A program made the position numbers and the translations under genes. A stretch of 64,000 bases of DNA from a virus. Below are positions 14,552 to 24,336 of this stretch, piece by piece; the first letter of the stretch is position 1; each line of letters begins with the position of its first letter. Where the stretch lies: positions 12,358 to 76,357 of the IMG/VR virus record IMGVR_UViG_3300010885_050098; one strand, 5' to 3'. Under the pieces are notes generated by a model that saw only the letters and a program-made list of their open reading frames with translations, was not told where the DNA came from and did no database searches.

Positions 14552-15059
14552 TGACTTTGAAACATGGGTTGAGGGGGCGGTTACTCCTACATTGAACGCA
14601 TTCGAAAACAATGGTGATACTCGCGCCACAGTTCTTATCTTCTACGGCAATCGTGTTGATGATATAAGAATGCAAGGCGCCGTAATCAATACATTACAAG
14701 CCCGCATGGGCACAGGTGGAAACAACATGCCTATGGTGGCAGTTACAGAACAGGATCAAGATATGGCACAAGCAGGTAACTTTGAGTTGTATGACTTTCC
14801 CAAGGAAGAAGTTGCTCCAAGTCTTAACGCTCTTCGTGCTAAAGACACACTTACATACGAAGAAGGAACTGTTGTAAGGCGGTTAACTCCACGTGAGTGC
14901 GAGCGCCTACAAGGATTCCCCGATGATTGGACTGCATCACAGTCTGATTCACAACGATATAAGCAAATGGGTAATGCTGTTGCAGTGCCTGTTGTTCAAT
15001 GGATAATAAGTGGATTGGTGGAAGTAAATGCAAGACTTAATGAAGAATCTAAAGGATAA
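14508..15059 (+). CDS. C5 methyltransferase C-terminal part (TRD-like repeats, motifs IX-X)
   Basis: RRLTPRECERLQGFPDDWT and YKQMGNAVAVPVV. Confidence 0.88.
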   Translation: MTNWFVKSRRAQNVDDFETWVEGAVTPTLNAFENNGDTRATVLIFYGNRVDDIRMQGAVINTLQARMGTGGNNMPMVAVTEQDQDMAQAGNFELYDFPKEEVAPSLNALRAKDTLTYEEGTVVRRLTPRECERLQGFPDDWTASQSDSQRYKQMGNAVAVPVVQWIISGLVEVNARLNEESKG

Positions 15060-15228
15060 GTGCATTGAGATTCATAATGCTGGTGGTATGGATGCTGTTG
15101 ATCGCTATCTTGATGAACACCACCGCTTAATTCCATGGGAGTCGTGCTTTGAGTGCGACGCCATAACGCCACGTGATCCACAGACACTTAAATGTTTCTT
15201 TGAGGAGGAACTACATGAAGAAGGATAA
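15028..15228 (+). CDS. hypothetical protein
   Basis: ORF in operon. Confidence 0.55.
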   Translation: MQDLMKNLKDKCIEIHNAGGMDAVDRYLDEHHRLIPWESCFECDAITPRDPQTLKCFFEEELHEEG

Positions 15229-15622
15229 GGTGAACCCATACGATTTTTGTTTTTGGGATCGTAATGGCAAAGCTATAACCATGAAACAATGGTGCATTGA
15301 ATCTAGTAGTAAGTATGCGTTTGCTAAAGAAAAACATACAAACGGTTTACGTATTCTTACAAAGTGGACAGGCGTTGACATGCCTGAATACGACTGGATG
15401 GTTAAAAACAGTTTCAGCGTGGTCAAATGGAAACCAAATTTTAGGCCTAAAGTTTTTGTTTCATATGTTTGGAACGAGGACGAGGAAATTGTTATCTCTA
15501 AACGATACGGAACAATCGAGCAAGCGTACGAAGGTCATCACAAGTTGATAGCGCAAGTTGAGGCTATGGACTTTGGGGTGTACCATTTTCCAGCAAACCA
15601 ATTGGAGGAAGTAAATGGCTAA
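15215..15622 (+). CDS. hypothetical protein
   Basis: GAGGAGG RBS before ATG 15215. Confidence 0.65.
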   Translation: MKKDKVNPYDFCFWDRNGKAITMKQWCIESSSKYAFAKEKHTNGLRILTKWTGVDMPEYDWMVKNSFSVVKWKPNFRPKVFVSYVWNEDEEIVISKRYGTIEQAYEGHHKLIAQVEAMDFGVYHFPANQLEEVNG

Positions 15623-15914
15623 AAAAGTTACACAGACGCTCACTGCTCACCTAGCAAAGAACACCATCTTTGATAAAGGCGGGGCTTGGCTTCTTAATAT
15701 CTCTATTCAAACTGAAGGTCATAACATTTATGATCTAAATACAAACACAGCATGGTCTAACCCATCAGCTGCAAAACGTTATCTTAAGTCAGTTGTACTT
15801 GATAACACCCCGCGCAAGTCAATTAAGATGGTTGTAACCACAAAGGATGCAACTACTGATAAGCCGATCACTATTGACGGCGAACTTACATACAAGGTTG
15901 ACGCGGGACTCTAA
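15615..15914 (+). CDS. hypothetical protein
   Basis: GGAGG RBS. Confidence 0.7.
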   Translation: MAKKVTQTLTAHLAKNTIFDKGGAWLLNISIQTEGHNIYDLNTNTAWSNPSAAKRYLKSVVLDNTPRKSIKMVVTTKDATTDKPITIDGELTYKVDAGL

Positions 15915-16039
15915 TGGTATTAGACCTAGGAACAATGATTGCAATCATCATTGCATTGTCTACATCATGTTTTGTAATGGTTCTATCTCTTTTAGAAAAT
16001 ACGCGTTTGCGTAAAATCATTAAACAGTTAACTAAATAA
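15914..16039 (+). CDS. small single-pass membrane peptide
   Basis: Read manually: MVLDLGTMIAIIIALSTSCFVMVLSLLENTRLRKIIKQLTK. Confidence 0.55.
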   Translation: MVLDLGTMIAIIIALSTSCFVMVLSLLENTRLRKIIKQLTK

Positions 16040-16080
16040 AAAATACCCCCAGTCCGCAATATGGCTGGGGGTATTTTTAT
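16036..16080. terminator. bidirectional terminator at the convergence point
   Basis: AAAAATACCCCCAGT...GCTGGGGGTATTTTT. Confidence 0.85.
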
Positions 16081-16086
16081 GCCTAT

Positions 16087-18123
16087 TTACTGGTTGTCTT
16101 TAATCAACCTAACTTCACATGCATCAGTTGTGCAATACATTTCACCAATAGCGTCCGCTGCCATGCCTGCGTACACTCCACTAAAATCGATCGGCATCAA
16201 TTTCATAGTTGCGTCTTCATACTTTTTTTCTGTAATTTGAGTGTAAGGCATTTGCGGATAAGTCTCGTTCCCCATTGGTAGGAAGGAAACGGTTTTGAGT
16301 TGTCCGTCAAACATATGTAGGACTGTTCCTACATCATCCTTTTCAGTCTCTGCGTTAAAGGATACGGTCACAGATACTGAGTTGTCTGACCAATGTCGTT
16401 GAGCTGTAGCGGCTAACGATACTTTCTCATAGATTGATACATCTTTTTCAGATCGTTTAGCCACGGATTTAATTGGGAAAAATACCACTGACGTAGTCTT
16501 TGGTGACTCACTTGCTTTCTCCACTCGGTAGTTTGCCATTCTAAATAATGGAAGCATTGGATCTTCATTACTAAATCGAATAGCACGATCAAAGTATTCT
16601 CCTCCCGGTGTCCAGTGAACGCCAGGGCTTTCACCGGCTAGGATTGAAACTGTTCCTGATGGCTTAACTGTTGTGGTCTTGATTGATTCACGAATACCAA
16701 GCCATTCTGAATAGGTAGTGTCGTACTTTTTAATGATTGCGTAACCTTCGTCCATCCAGTTACGTAAAACGGGTAATCCGTTGATATCCGCAAAGTTAGC
16801 TACGCCTGACATTGATGTTCCAATGCGACGGTTGCGCTGCATGATCGCGTTGGTCTCTTCCCAATGTGTTGGGAGCAGGGTTACAGTCTTGGCATATAAG
16901 TAAGCAAACTTAAGTGTGCGCTTGTAATCCTCTAGGTTGTCGTGACGATTAAGGTAGGTTTCTACCAGCGTACACATTTCAAATGACTCTAGTGATTGTT
17001 CAGCGCATGGGTTGTAACCAGATACACGCCAATCTTTATCGTTAGCGGGATCAATCAAACGGCCATACTTACGGCTCATGTCCATCCACACAACGCCTGG
17101 CTCACCATTGCTGGCAATACCATCGACAATTCCTGATAGATCAGCACCTACTGATGCTTCTACTGAGTTGTTACTCATCCAAGCCCAACCGGGGCTGGCT
17201 GGATCGTATGAGTTGCGCTCTGGGTATACAGATGCGTTCTTTAAATTTAGGAAATCTTTGTCATCAAGGCGACCAATCAAAAGTTCTGCAGAACGACGAA
17301 CGTTTCCGCTTACAACGCAAACGCCAATCATGTTGCCAATATCAGCAATATCTCGTCGAGTTAACGTTTGACCAGCACGGCCTTTAAACAGTTTATGAAT
17401 ATGGTTATGAAGTTTTAAAAGCGGTTCGTGTCCTGCTGCTGTTCCGCCGAAAGTTTTGATTGGTGTGCCTGACGGGCGGATTTGGCTGTAATCAAAGCCT
17501 GCAATCTTCTGATCTGGCCGTAGGTAAGAGCTGATGACGGTTGTGAGGGAGTCGACCCAACCTTCTCTGGTGTCTGGGATGACTGTAAGTGTTTCTGGTT
17601 CTCTTGGTTCATAGATGGTAAATTCCTTATCTGCACCTTTATCATCAAAGCCAACGCCTACTCCAAGCATTGATGCTTCCATGAGGAAGGCAAATGGTTT
17701 TGCGGGGTCGTTCTTCGTCATTGACGATGTGCTTACGAAAGCACAATTCTGTAGGGCGGCAGAATTCTTCTGCTCATTAACAATTGGGGTGCCCATTACC
17801 CAAAGCCCACGTCCCGGTGGTGTCCACTTCAAGTTAAACAATCGGTCATATGCTTCCTTAGCAGAAGCCTGAGCTCGTGAATCATTCCATGGAAGTCTGT
17901 TGGACTTGCAATGATCTTTCTGCAATGAATACATGCCGTTGATAACGCGCTCGCACACATCAACCCAAGTCTCTTTGGTGCCATCCTCTTTGAGACGGGA
18001 ATAGGTACGAAGGAAAGTAATCTCTCCCACCGAGTTTCCTGCTGCATCTTTATAACCCCAAGGAACGGTCTTGCCCTTGTATCCAGCTATAAATTCATCT
18101 GCTAGGCGGAAACTCAAATTCAT
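16087..18123 (-). CDS. nrdJ: class II (adenosylcobalamin-dependent) ribonucleotide reductase, monomeric RTPR type
   Basis: PPGRGLW, NPCAEQSL, TTVKPSGTVS, C-terminal CTTDAC. Confidence 0.93.
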   Translation of the reverse strand: MNLSFRLADEFIAGYKGKTVPWGYKDAAGNSVGEITFLRTYSRLKEDGTKETWVDVCERVINGMYSLQKDHCKSNRLPWNDSRAQASAKEAYDRLFNLKWTPPGRGLWVMGTPIVNEQKNSAALQNCAFVSTSSMTKNDPAKPFAFLMEASMLGVGVGFDDKGADKEFTIYEPREPETLTVIPDTREGWVDSLTTVISSYLRPDQKIAGFDYSQIRPSGTPIKTFGGTAAGHEPLLKLHNHIHKLFKGRAGQTLTRRDIADIGNMIGVCVVSGNVRRSAELLIGRLDDKDFLNLKNASVYPERNSYDPASPGWAWMSNNSVEASVGADLSGIVDGIASNGEPGVVWMDMSRKYGRLIDPANDKDWRVSGYNPCAEQSLESFEMCTLVETYLNRHDNLEDYKRTLKFAYLYAKTVTLLPTHWEETNAIMQRNRRIGTSMSGVANFADINGLPVLRNWMDEGYAIIKKYDTTYSEWLGIRESIKTTTVKPSGTVSILAGESPGVHWTPGGEYFDRAIRFSNEDPMLPLFRMANYRVEKASESPKTTSVVFFPIKSVAKRSEKDVSIYEKVSLAATAQRHWSDNSVSVTVSFNAETEKDDVGTVLHMFDGQLKTVSFLPMGNETYPQMPYTQITEKKYEDATMKLMPIDFSGVYAGMAADAIGEMYCTTDACEVRLIKDNQ

Positions 18124-18262
18124 TTTCAATCCTCTTCTCATCGTGGGAAACAGTAATTTTACTCAAGCGGACCATACACTTCATGGGGTGCTGCGGCAAC
18201 TTTTATGCTTGTTTAGCAAAGGTATAGATTCATGTCTAAAAACACGAACATATACGATATGT

Positions 18263-19723
18263 TTATTCTTCGATTGCTTGCTTAATTATCTTCGTAGTGT
18301 CATCTTCGCTAATCCCACCATTTGGGATTTCTTTTAAAATTTGAGCTTTCTCACCAAAAATTTGAGACAGCACTCCAGCGTTTCCTTGGCGTTCAACGGT
18401 CATTCTAATGAACTCCCGTGAGTCATCCAATTCCTTGGTTGTTTTAATCAATTTAAACAATCTATCAATCTCTTGTGAAACGTTTGGATCAGAGTATCCG
18501 CCGTTCATTTCTTCAGCAAAACGCATAAAAGCGACTCTTTGACCCTGCATTTCAATAACTGCATTGATCAAACTCTTAAGTTGTTCTTTAGTCTTTACCT
18601 CAATTGGTAGCTTAAATGCACAAGTGTTTTGTGGTTTAAAAGCTGGGCAATTTGATGCAATAAAACATGTATCGCACTGACGTAAACTGGTGTCATGTGA
18701 TCGAATAACGGGTACATCTTTGAGGACATCATTACCATCCTCATCGCGTTCAACAATCGTCTTAACATCGAATCCAAAGACGGGTAAGTTGCCCATTTCC
18801 TCTGGATTTCGAGGCTGAACTTTCCGCATCTCTACCCCCAACCTATCCGATACAACGGGGGTTGTTTCCGCGTAATCATCACCGGCTGGATCTTCGAACA
18901 TATCGGATATGTTGCCCATTTTACTTAACCTTATCTCTAGTTCATTGAACGACCATACGGCCAATTTACAAACTTCTTGTGCATCATCATTTACAATCTT
19001 GTCGAACTCTAACCCAGCTTTTTCATAAATTGCTTTATGCCTAGATCGAGCTTGTTCTTTCATACTCTTGGGGTATCGAACTAGCCTAGTTCCATCCCAA
19101 ACAATCGTTTCGCCTCTAGTCATTGGGGAAAGCCACGCTAGGGTTGAGGCGGTCTCCACGGGCACTTGACGAAGGTTATCGGGTCTAGCCGTACCCATGG
19201 CATGAAACCTAGTTCCGTTGGTCCGTATGAGCCCCTGAGCGGTTCCAGGGAGCCACACAGCGTCTTCCAAAGCCTCTCCGGGAAGGGCAATGTCTAAATA
19301 CCTATCGGTAAGCTCTTGCAGTCCTTTCTTACCAGACTCGTGTGACCAGACTGGAAGGAACTTGGCTGGGGGCATTGCCGCCCAAACTGTCTCCCTCTGA
19401 TCTCTAACAAAGTCAGGGCTAACCTGAAAATGGTTAATCTCAGTGAACTGGGTAATTCTCTCAATATTGTTCATTATAAACTCTTCATAATCTGCGGCAA
19501 ATTCTTCAAGTTCGGTTCTAGTAATTTCTTGGGTTCTTGGGATGCCTGGGTGAACCAGTATTTCCATATCCTCAGGAAAATAATTCTTCAATAGGTACAG
19601 TTTAGTTTTGGGAAGACCGCGTTTAGTTAACCGCCAGTAGCTGACACCAACGTATTTAGCACCCGCTGATCCTAAAAGGACGCGGTTGCTAGGGACCTCA
19701 GCCCCTAGGTAAATTATCTTCAC
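18263..19723 (-). CDS. TGT/DpdA-like barrel protein fused to a Cys4 domain
   Basis: RFHAMG...L...P..TAST.AW....RG pattern like TGT-family phage proteins; CDTC...CPAF...C. Confidence 0.45.
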   Translation of the reverse strand: MKIIYLGAEVPSNRVLLGSAGAKYVGVSYWRLTKRGLPKTKLYLLKNYFPEDMEILVHPGIPRTQEITRTELEEFAADYEEFIMNNIERITQFTEINHFQVSPDFVRDQRETVWAAMPPAKFLPVWSHESGKKGLQELTDRYLDIALPGEALEDAVWLPGTAQGLIRTNGTRFHAMGTARPDNLRQVPVETASTLAWLSPMTRGETIVWDGTRLVRYPKSMKEQARSRHKAIYEKAGLEFDKIVNDDAQEVCKLAVWSFNELEIRLSKMGNISDMFEDPAGDDYAETTPVVSDRLGVEMRKVQPRNPEEMGNLPVFGFDVKTIVERDEDGNDVLKDVPVIRSHDTSLRQCDTCFIASNCPAFKPQNTCAFKLPIEVKTKEQLKSLINAVIEMQGQRVAFMRFAEEMNGGYSDPNVSQEIDRLFKLIKTTKELDDSREFIRMTVERQGNAGVLSQIFGEKAQILKEIPNGGISEDDTTKIIKQAIEE

Positions 19724-20166
19724 TTACGTTCGTCTTCCAAGTACATGTCGGCCTGTTTATTAAGTTCATTTGTTATATCAGTCCAACTCTTGCGACCTTC
19801 AATGCTATCTGGTCGAAACTTGTGGTCTATATAAACTGGATCTAAGAACAACATAACCCTAAATCCATGCTCTAAAAGTTTGGCGGATAGTGTTGGATCA
19901 GAAGTTATTACGTAATCAATAGGGCCTTGGGCTCTGCACCATTCAGCCTGTCTAAACGGGTCTACTCCACCAGCGGGAACCTCAGCAATTAAGTTATCAA
20001 CTTTCAACATGTTATTGCTTTTAAGCCAATGGGTCGCTTTATCTTTATCGTGGCACAAGATAACAACAGCCATAGTTTGCTGCAGGGTGCGTACAAGGCG
20101 CATGCCTTCGCTAATTGGCACATGATTTTTTGCCAAAATGCCGTCTAAATAAACTAAAACTGCCAC
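19720..20166 (-). CDS. HAD-fold protein (degenerate motif I)
   Basis: VLVYLDGIL N-terminus, alpha/beta pattern. Confidence 0.45.
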   Translation of the reverse strand: MAVLVYLDGILAKNHVPISEGMRLVRTLQQTMAVVILCHDKDKATHWLKSNNMLKVDNLIAEVPAGGVDPFRQAEWCRAQGPIDYVITSDPTLSAKLLEHGFRVMLFLDPVYIDHKFRPDSIEGRKSWTDITNELNKQADMYLEDERK

Positions 20167-20190
20167 AGTTTATGCTCCGTATCTTACTAA

Positions 20191-21123
20191 TTAATTATTG
20201 TATGTAGCGGCTCTGCGTATCAAAGTCGAAACATTTGGTAACTCTATACCATAAGTAGCAGCAGCAAAATCTCTTGCGGACATGTCCGAAATTTCCTTTA
20301 ATCTACCTAAAGCTTGAACAATTCCTGATTCTTTTCCCGCTTGCCAACGGTAGTTGTTATAGTCAAGGTAGCCCTGACCTTCTTCGCTAAACGCTAACTT
20401 TCGTCCTTGATGTATATCTTCGTACAAAGCGGCCGCTTGATCAACCGCAAGTTTTAAAGCACGTTCGGAGTTAATACGCATTGCTGGATTAGTTGAAGAA
20501 TTAATTGCCGTTAAAGCGGTTGCGTATCTAGCAATAATTTCAGAAGCCGTACCTTTATCTCTTTCTAAACCTAAAGACCAGTCTTTACCAATTATTGGTT
20601 CTGTAATCGTTGGTTCAACTACCCAATTGTCATCAATAAGTGAGTATGCTGCGTAAGGTTTGATCTTTGTAATGTCTGTCTGAACGTTTACATAAAAAGT
20701 AAGTTCAAAAGAATCCATAAAGTTTGCCGTGTTTGGCCAAAGTTCTGTTCTAAATTCATCGTTAAACATGCTAGAAATTTCTTTATCGCTTAATCCAGAA
20801 TACTTTTGATTTGATTGTCTAAACTGGTTGTACTGAATACCTACTAAACAGTCTAAATCACCGGGATCTCTTTTAGCCGCCCACTGATGAGAAACGCCTG
20901 ATCCAGCAAGCCATACGTAAGTCCAGTCATAAGGGCTTTGGTATTTGCTAGATAAATGATTAAACAACGCTGTTAATACAGAGTTACGAACTGATGGGAT
21001 TAACTTTCCATCTCTAAATAAACGAGGATCTAAACCAATATCGGGTTTACTAAAATACGAGGTCTGCGCTGGCTCGATGTTCACGGGAACTGCCTTTGCA
21101 GCCAACGCCTCGTAAAAATCCAT
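20191..21123 (-). CDS. Pol-beta-superfamily nucleotidyltransferase
   Basis: WLAGSGVS...GDLDCLV and a third acidic residue (ELTFYV). Confidence 0.7.
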   Translation of the reverse strand: MDFYEALAAKAVPVNIEPAQTSYFSKPDIGLDPRLFRDGKLIPSVRNSVLTALFNHLSSKYQSPYDWTYVWLAGSGVSHQWAAKRDPGDLDCLVGIQYNQFRQSNQKYSGLSDKEISSMFNDEFRTELWPNTANFMDSFELTFYVNVQTDITKIKPYAAYSLIDDNWVVEPTITEPIIGKDWSLGLERDKGTASEIIARYATALTAINSSTNPAMRINSERALKLAVDQAAALYEDIHQGRKLAFSEEGQGYLDYNNYRWQAGKESGIVQALGRLKEISDMSARDFAAATYGIELPNVSTLIRRAATYNN

Positions 21124-21137
21124 AGTCTTATTCTAGG

Positions 21138-21704
21138 CTATTCGTACTGAATATGGGTGTGTATCTTCCCGCCAGAATAGATATCGTGTTTGCAAGCAAT
21201 CTCAATAGCCTTGCGTAATAGTTTTTCAACCGCTTCTGGTGACTTTGCTTTCTTGTACTCAAGGGCTTCAAGGGCTCCAAGAGCTACATCTCCACCACTA
21301 CCCGCGTAGTAAATACCGCGTTCTTCTCGATCCCATGAGTAATCATTAAAAATTGGATAAATTACTCCGCGCAAAGCAACGAGCAAATTGGAATCTTGAA
21401 ACGCTGCATCACCATCATCTTTAGCGTCATAACCGGCTTTAATAAAAGCCTCACGCATTGATGGAATAAATTTTTTAGTCATAAATGTATCTAAGTCTTC
21501 TGCGGCACGAGGTTTTGGGGGTTTCCACCCAAATTGAGTTATGTTTCCACCACGTGATGCACCAGATACGGCGATTAGGACATTGTTATTATTAACAATT
21601 TTTGAGGTGGCCAATTCCATAAAACGTCCATCTTCGTCAGAAGCACGGCTGTCGCAACCTATTACGGCCCAACCATCTCCTTGAACGGCAACAAGTGTTG
21701 TCAT
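21138..21704 (-). CDS. HslV/proteasome-beta-like Ntn protease
   Basis: N-terminal M-TT, DSRAS, K at about 33, GSG, D.YSGG. Confidence 0.8.
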   Translation of the reverse strand: MTTLVAVQGDGWAVIGCDSRASDEDGRFMELATSKIVNNNNVLIAVSGASRGGNITQFGWKPPKPRAAEDLDTFMTKKFIPSMREAFIKAGYDAKDDGDAAFQDSNLLVALRGVIYPIFNDYSWDREERGIYYAGSGGDVALGALEALEYKKAKSPEAVEKLLRKAIEIACKHDIYSGGKIHTHIQYE

Positions 21705-21722
21705 TCAAATCCCTCTCTGTAG

Positions 21723-22055
21723 TTACATCAAGTTTCGGTCTTGCAAAGCCTGTCGCATAGCCTCTGATGTTACTTGGCTTTCTGCTTTATTACTTTCGGA
21801 AAGCTTTGTTAACAGCATGTTTACTAGTTCATCTTTCTCAATAAAACGCGAAAGTTCACCTAAACCATATTTTACGTCACCTCGGTTAGCATCTCTACCC
21901 ACGCTAAAAGCTATAGATAAATCTGTAATTACACGCCATCCGCCATCCCAGTCTTTAACAACAATAAATGCGGTTTCAGCATCTGGGCGTGGTTCTTCGT
22001 TTGTTTCTTTAGGCGCTTCGTTAATAACTTCCGCGTCTTCAATCCAGTCTGTCAT
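21723..22055 (-). CDS. hypothetical protein
   Basis: ORF in operon. Confidence 0.65.
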   Translation of the reverse strand: MTDWIEDAEVINEAPKETNEEPRPDAETAFIVVKDWDGGWRVITDLSIAFSVGRDANRGDVKYGLGELSRFIEKDELVNMLLTKLSESNKAESQVTSEAMRQALQDRNLM

Positions 22056-22594
22056 TTGTATAGTCCTCTCTCTTTGTTGCTTTTCATCATGTTAAAACTT
22101 TTAACTGGGCAAAAATCGCATAAGAAAAACGATGGAAGTTTTTCATCCGATAGTCCTGCATCACGGCGTTCACGTTTCATTATGTCAACTTTAATGACCT
22201 TTGATCCAGATTTATAATCAGGACATTGTCCTTCTGGTCGCAAATGAACCTGAAAACATTTCATAGCGTCTGCTGAATAATTATCTTTAGCGGCATAAAT
22301 TTCTTTACCAAGACCTTCGCCGCCAAGACCGTTTAAAACTTGTGCGTGGATCTGTTTACGCCCAGTGTCGCTATTCCAAACCGCAAAATCAACGTCAAAC
22401 AAAACGCCTAGATGAGGTTGTGGGCGCTGGTGTTTTTCTAAAGCAAGCGCAAGAAAAGGGTTATCTTGTTGATGTTTAATTGGATAACGCTCATCAACTG
22501 GAACTTCTTCCATTGTAGAACAGTCTTTGCATGCCAAAATAAGGATGCGATGTTCGTCTTTTTTATTGGCTAACTCGCCTAGGTCAATTACCAT
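22052..22594 (-). CDS. Cys-containing hypothetical protein
   Basis: CKDC, CDFCP; leaderless start. Confidence 0.65.
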   Translation of the reverse strand: MVIDLGELANKKDEHRILILACKDCSTMEEVPVDERYPIKHQQDNPFLALALEKHQRPQPHLGVLFDVDFAVWNSDTGRKQIHAQVLNGLGGEGLGKEIYAAKDNYSADAMKCFQVHLRPEGQCPDYKSGSKVIKVDIMKRERRDAGLSDEKLPSFFLCDFCPVKSFNMMKSNKERGLYK

Positions 22595-22609
22595 GACCCG
22601 AATACTACA

Positions 22610-23191
22610 CTACCCGCGAGGGCGACCTACATTCACGCTTGATGAGGCTGTAGAACAACCACCTTCACCACACTCAGTAACACCGTTACCTTGTGTTTTA
22701 TTACAGCTTGGCCCCGTGCATGGAGTTTCCATACCTTTAGGAGTTCCGCGGTTCTGTCCGCGTAATGCGTGAAATCCTGCTCTAGCGGCCTCTAGACCAG
22801 CGCGGTTCTTACCAGTTTTTCCGTGATCAATGTAATCAGCAAGGTGTTTTGCCATGCCCGCATGAAGTGGGTTATCTGATTTTTGATATGGGGCTTCAAA
22901 CGCAGTTGCGTTGTTGCGTCCACCGGGAAGAACGGTGTTCTTTTCAATATCTGTTACTGCCGCACGAGTTCTAAGTATATTAGTATCTTCTGGTGCTGGG
23001 CTAGATTTAGGCTCAGACATAGCCCCAGAAATAGCGCTTGCTTGTTCTGGTCCTACGTTGCTTTTACGGCTAATTGCTTCATCCGCTGCGGCACGACGAG
23101 CGGCTTTTGTGCGTGAGTTTCCAGCACGAATAGTCGATAGTTCAGCAGCGCTTGGGCCCTTGCTAACTCCAAGGTCAATTTTCTTTGTCAT
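22610..23191 (-). CDS. hypothetical protein
   Basis: ORF in operon. Confidence 0.65.
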   Translation of the reverse strand: MTKKIDLGVSKGPSAAELSTIRAGNSRTKAARRAAADEAISRKSNVGPEQASAISGAMSEPKSSPAPEDTNILRTRAAVTDIEKNTVLPGGRNNATAFEAPYQKSDNPLHAGMAKHLADYIDHGKTGKNRAGLEAARAGFHALRGQNRGTPKGMETPCTGPSCNKTQGNGVTECGEGGCSTASSSVNVGRPRG

Positions 23192-23682
23192 TATTTAGCC
23201 TTTCCGCTGTCAATCTTAATAACTTCTGCTTTGTTATAGCCAAGCTTTTTGTTATATCCTATTTGACGATCAGCGCTTGCCATTTGAGCTGGGACGTTTT
23301 GAGTTCTTTTCATGCGTAGATCAGAAGCATTGTTAAATGATTTATTACGCGCTTCTTCTACGGTCTTTCCTTCACCAATAGCTGAAACCTTTTTAGGCCC
23401 AGATTTTTTTGCTGGGGAAATTACGGTTTGAGCGCGGTAAGTATCATTCTTTCCGTCGTCTGAATCGTCTGCAATACGCTGTACCCAAGCCGATGATTGG
23501 TTAGGGGTTCCGTTGTTGCGATGCTTTAATTGAACCGATTCGCGATCAACTGGGTTTTCTGAGTCGTAGTCAGTATCGTTATCATTTGATTTGTAAACGC
23601 GTTCCATTTTAGATGTGTCAACGCCTTCCTTAGGAAGGACGCGCACATTACTTGTAGGAAACTGACTAGAACTTGGATTCAT
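23191..23682 (-). CDS. hypothetical protein (N-terminal MNPSSSQF)
   Basis: TAATG overlaps. Confidence 0.65.
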   Translation of the reverse strand: MNPSSSQFPTSNVRVLPKEGVDTSKMERVYKSNDNDTDYDSENPVDRESVQLKHRNNGTPNQSSAWVQRIADDSDDGKNDTYRAQTVISPAKKSGPKKVSAIGEGKTVEEARNKSFNNASDLRMKRTQNVPAQMASADRQIGYNKKLGYNKAEVIKIDSGKAK

Positions 23683-23891
23683 TAGTTTGAACCTGGGTTA
23701 ACCTTTGCGGCTTCTTCTGAGTTAATAAATCCGTAGTTCATGTATGGATGTAATCCAGCGCGGTTCTTAACCACAATCTGGTCACCCATGCCTGCTGCTA
23801 CTTCTGTGTTTGGGCGGCGCTGGCGGTATTTACCTTCAGTTGCGCCCTTATCAAGTGATGCGTTCTGTGAACGAGCTACACGTACTGTCAT
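23682..23891 (-). CDS. hypothetical protein
   Basis: ORF in operon. Confidence 0.6.
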   Translation of the reverse strand: MTVRVARSQNASLDKGATEGKYRQRRPNTEVAAGMGDQIVVKNRAGLHPYMNYGFINSEEAAKVNPGSN

Positions 23892-23893
23892 AG

Positions 23894-24106
23894 TTATTTG
23901 TACCTTCTCTTTTTTGGAGGATTTGCGTTTTGAACATCAGAACCAGATGCTACAACTCTACTGTGCTTTGGGTCGTTAACAAAGGTTTCCATAGCCTCAT
24001 TAGTATCTGGTGCTGTGTGAATCATTGATCCGCGATATCCGCCACGTTTACCGTAGGCGTCAAAAATAACACGATTAGGATTATTTGATTGATCCTTTGC
24101 ACTCAT
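23894..24106 (-). CDS. hypothetical protein (MSAKDQSNNPNR...)
   Basis: ATGA overlap at 24106. Confidence 0.6.
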   Translation of the reverse strand: MSAKDQSNNPNRVIFDAYGKRGGYRGSMIHTAPDTNEAMETFVNDPKHSRVVASGSDVQNANPPKKRRYK

Positions 24107-24336
24107 GCCATTCTGCCCTTCACTAAGTTTGCACTTTTGCGACGTTTGCATTGTGGGCATAGTCCATTTGAGTGCATTGCCTCGACAGGGTTCATGGTGA
24201 GCCCGCATTCGATGCATGGTTTAGACCCATTGTAGTAGGTTTTCTTCAAATCTTGTTGCGTTTCTAACGATACATCTGACATTCCTGACATACCTTCGCC
24301 AGTTGAGTCGGTCAATAGACCAGGATCTTTAGACAT
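24103..24336 (-). CDS. zinc-finger-like hypothetical protein
   Basis: CIEC...CPQC. Confidence 0.6.
   Translation of the reverse strand: MSKDPGLLTDSTGEGMSGMSDVSLETQQDLKKTYYNGSKPCIECGLTMNPVEAMHSNGLCPQCKRRKSANLVKGRMA

Noticed and set aside
18124-18262. Cobalamin riboswitch upstream of nrdJ
   Set aside because: Region is short, holds a SigA-like promoter (TTGCCG-17 nt-TATGGT), and lacks a recognisable B12 box.
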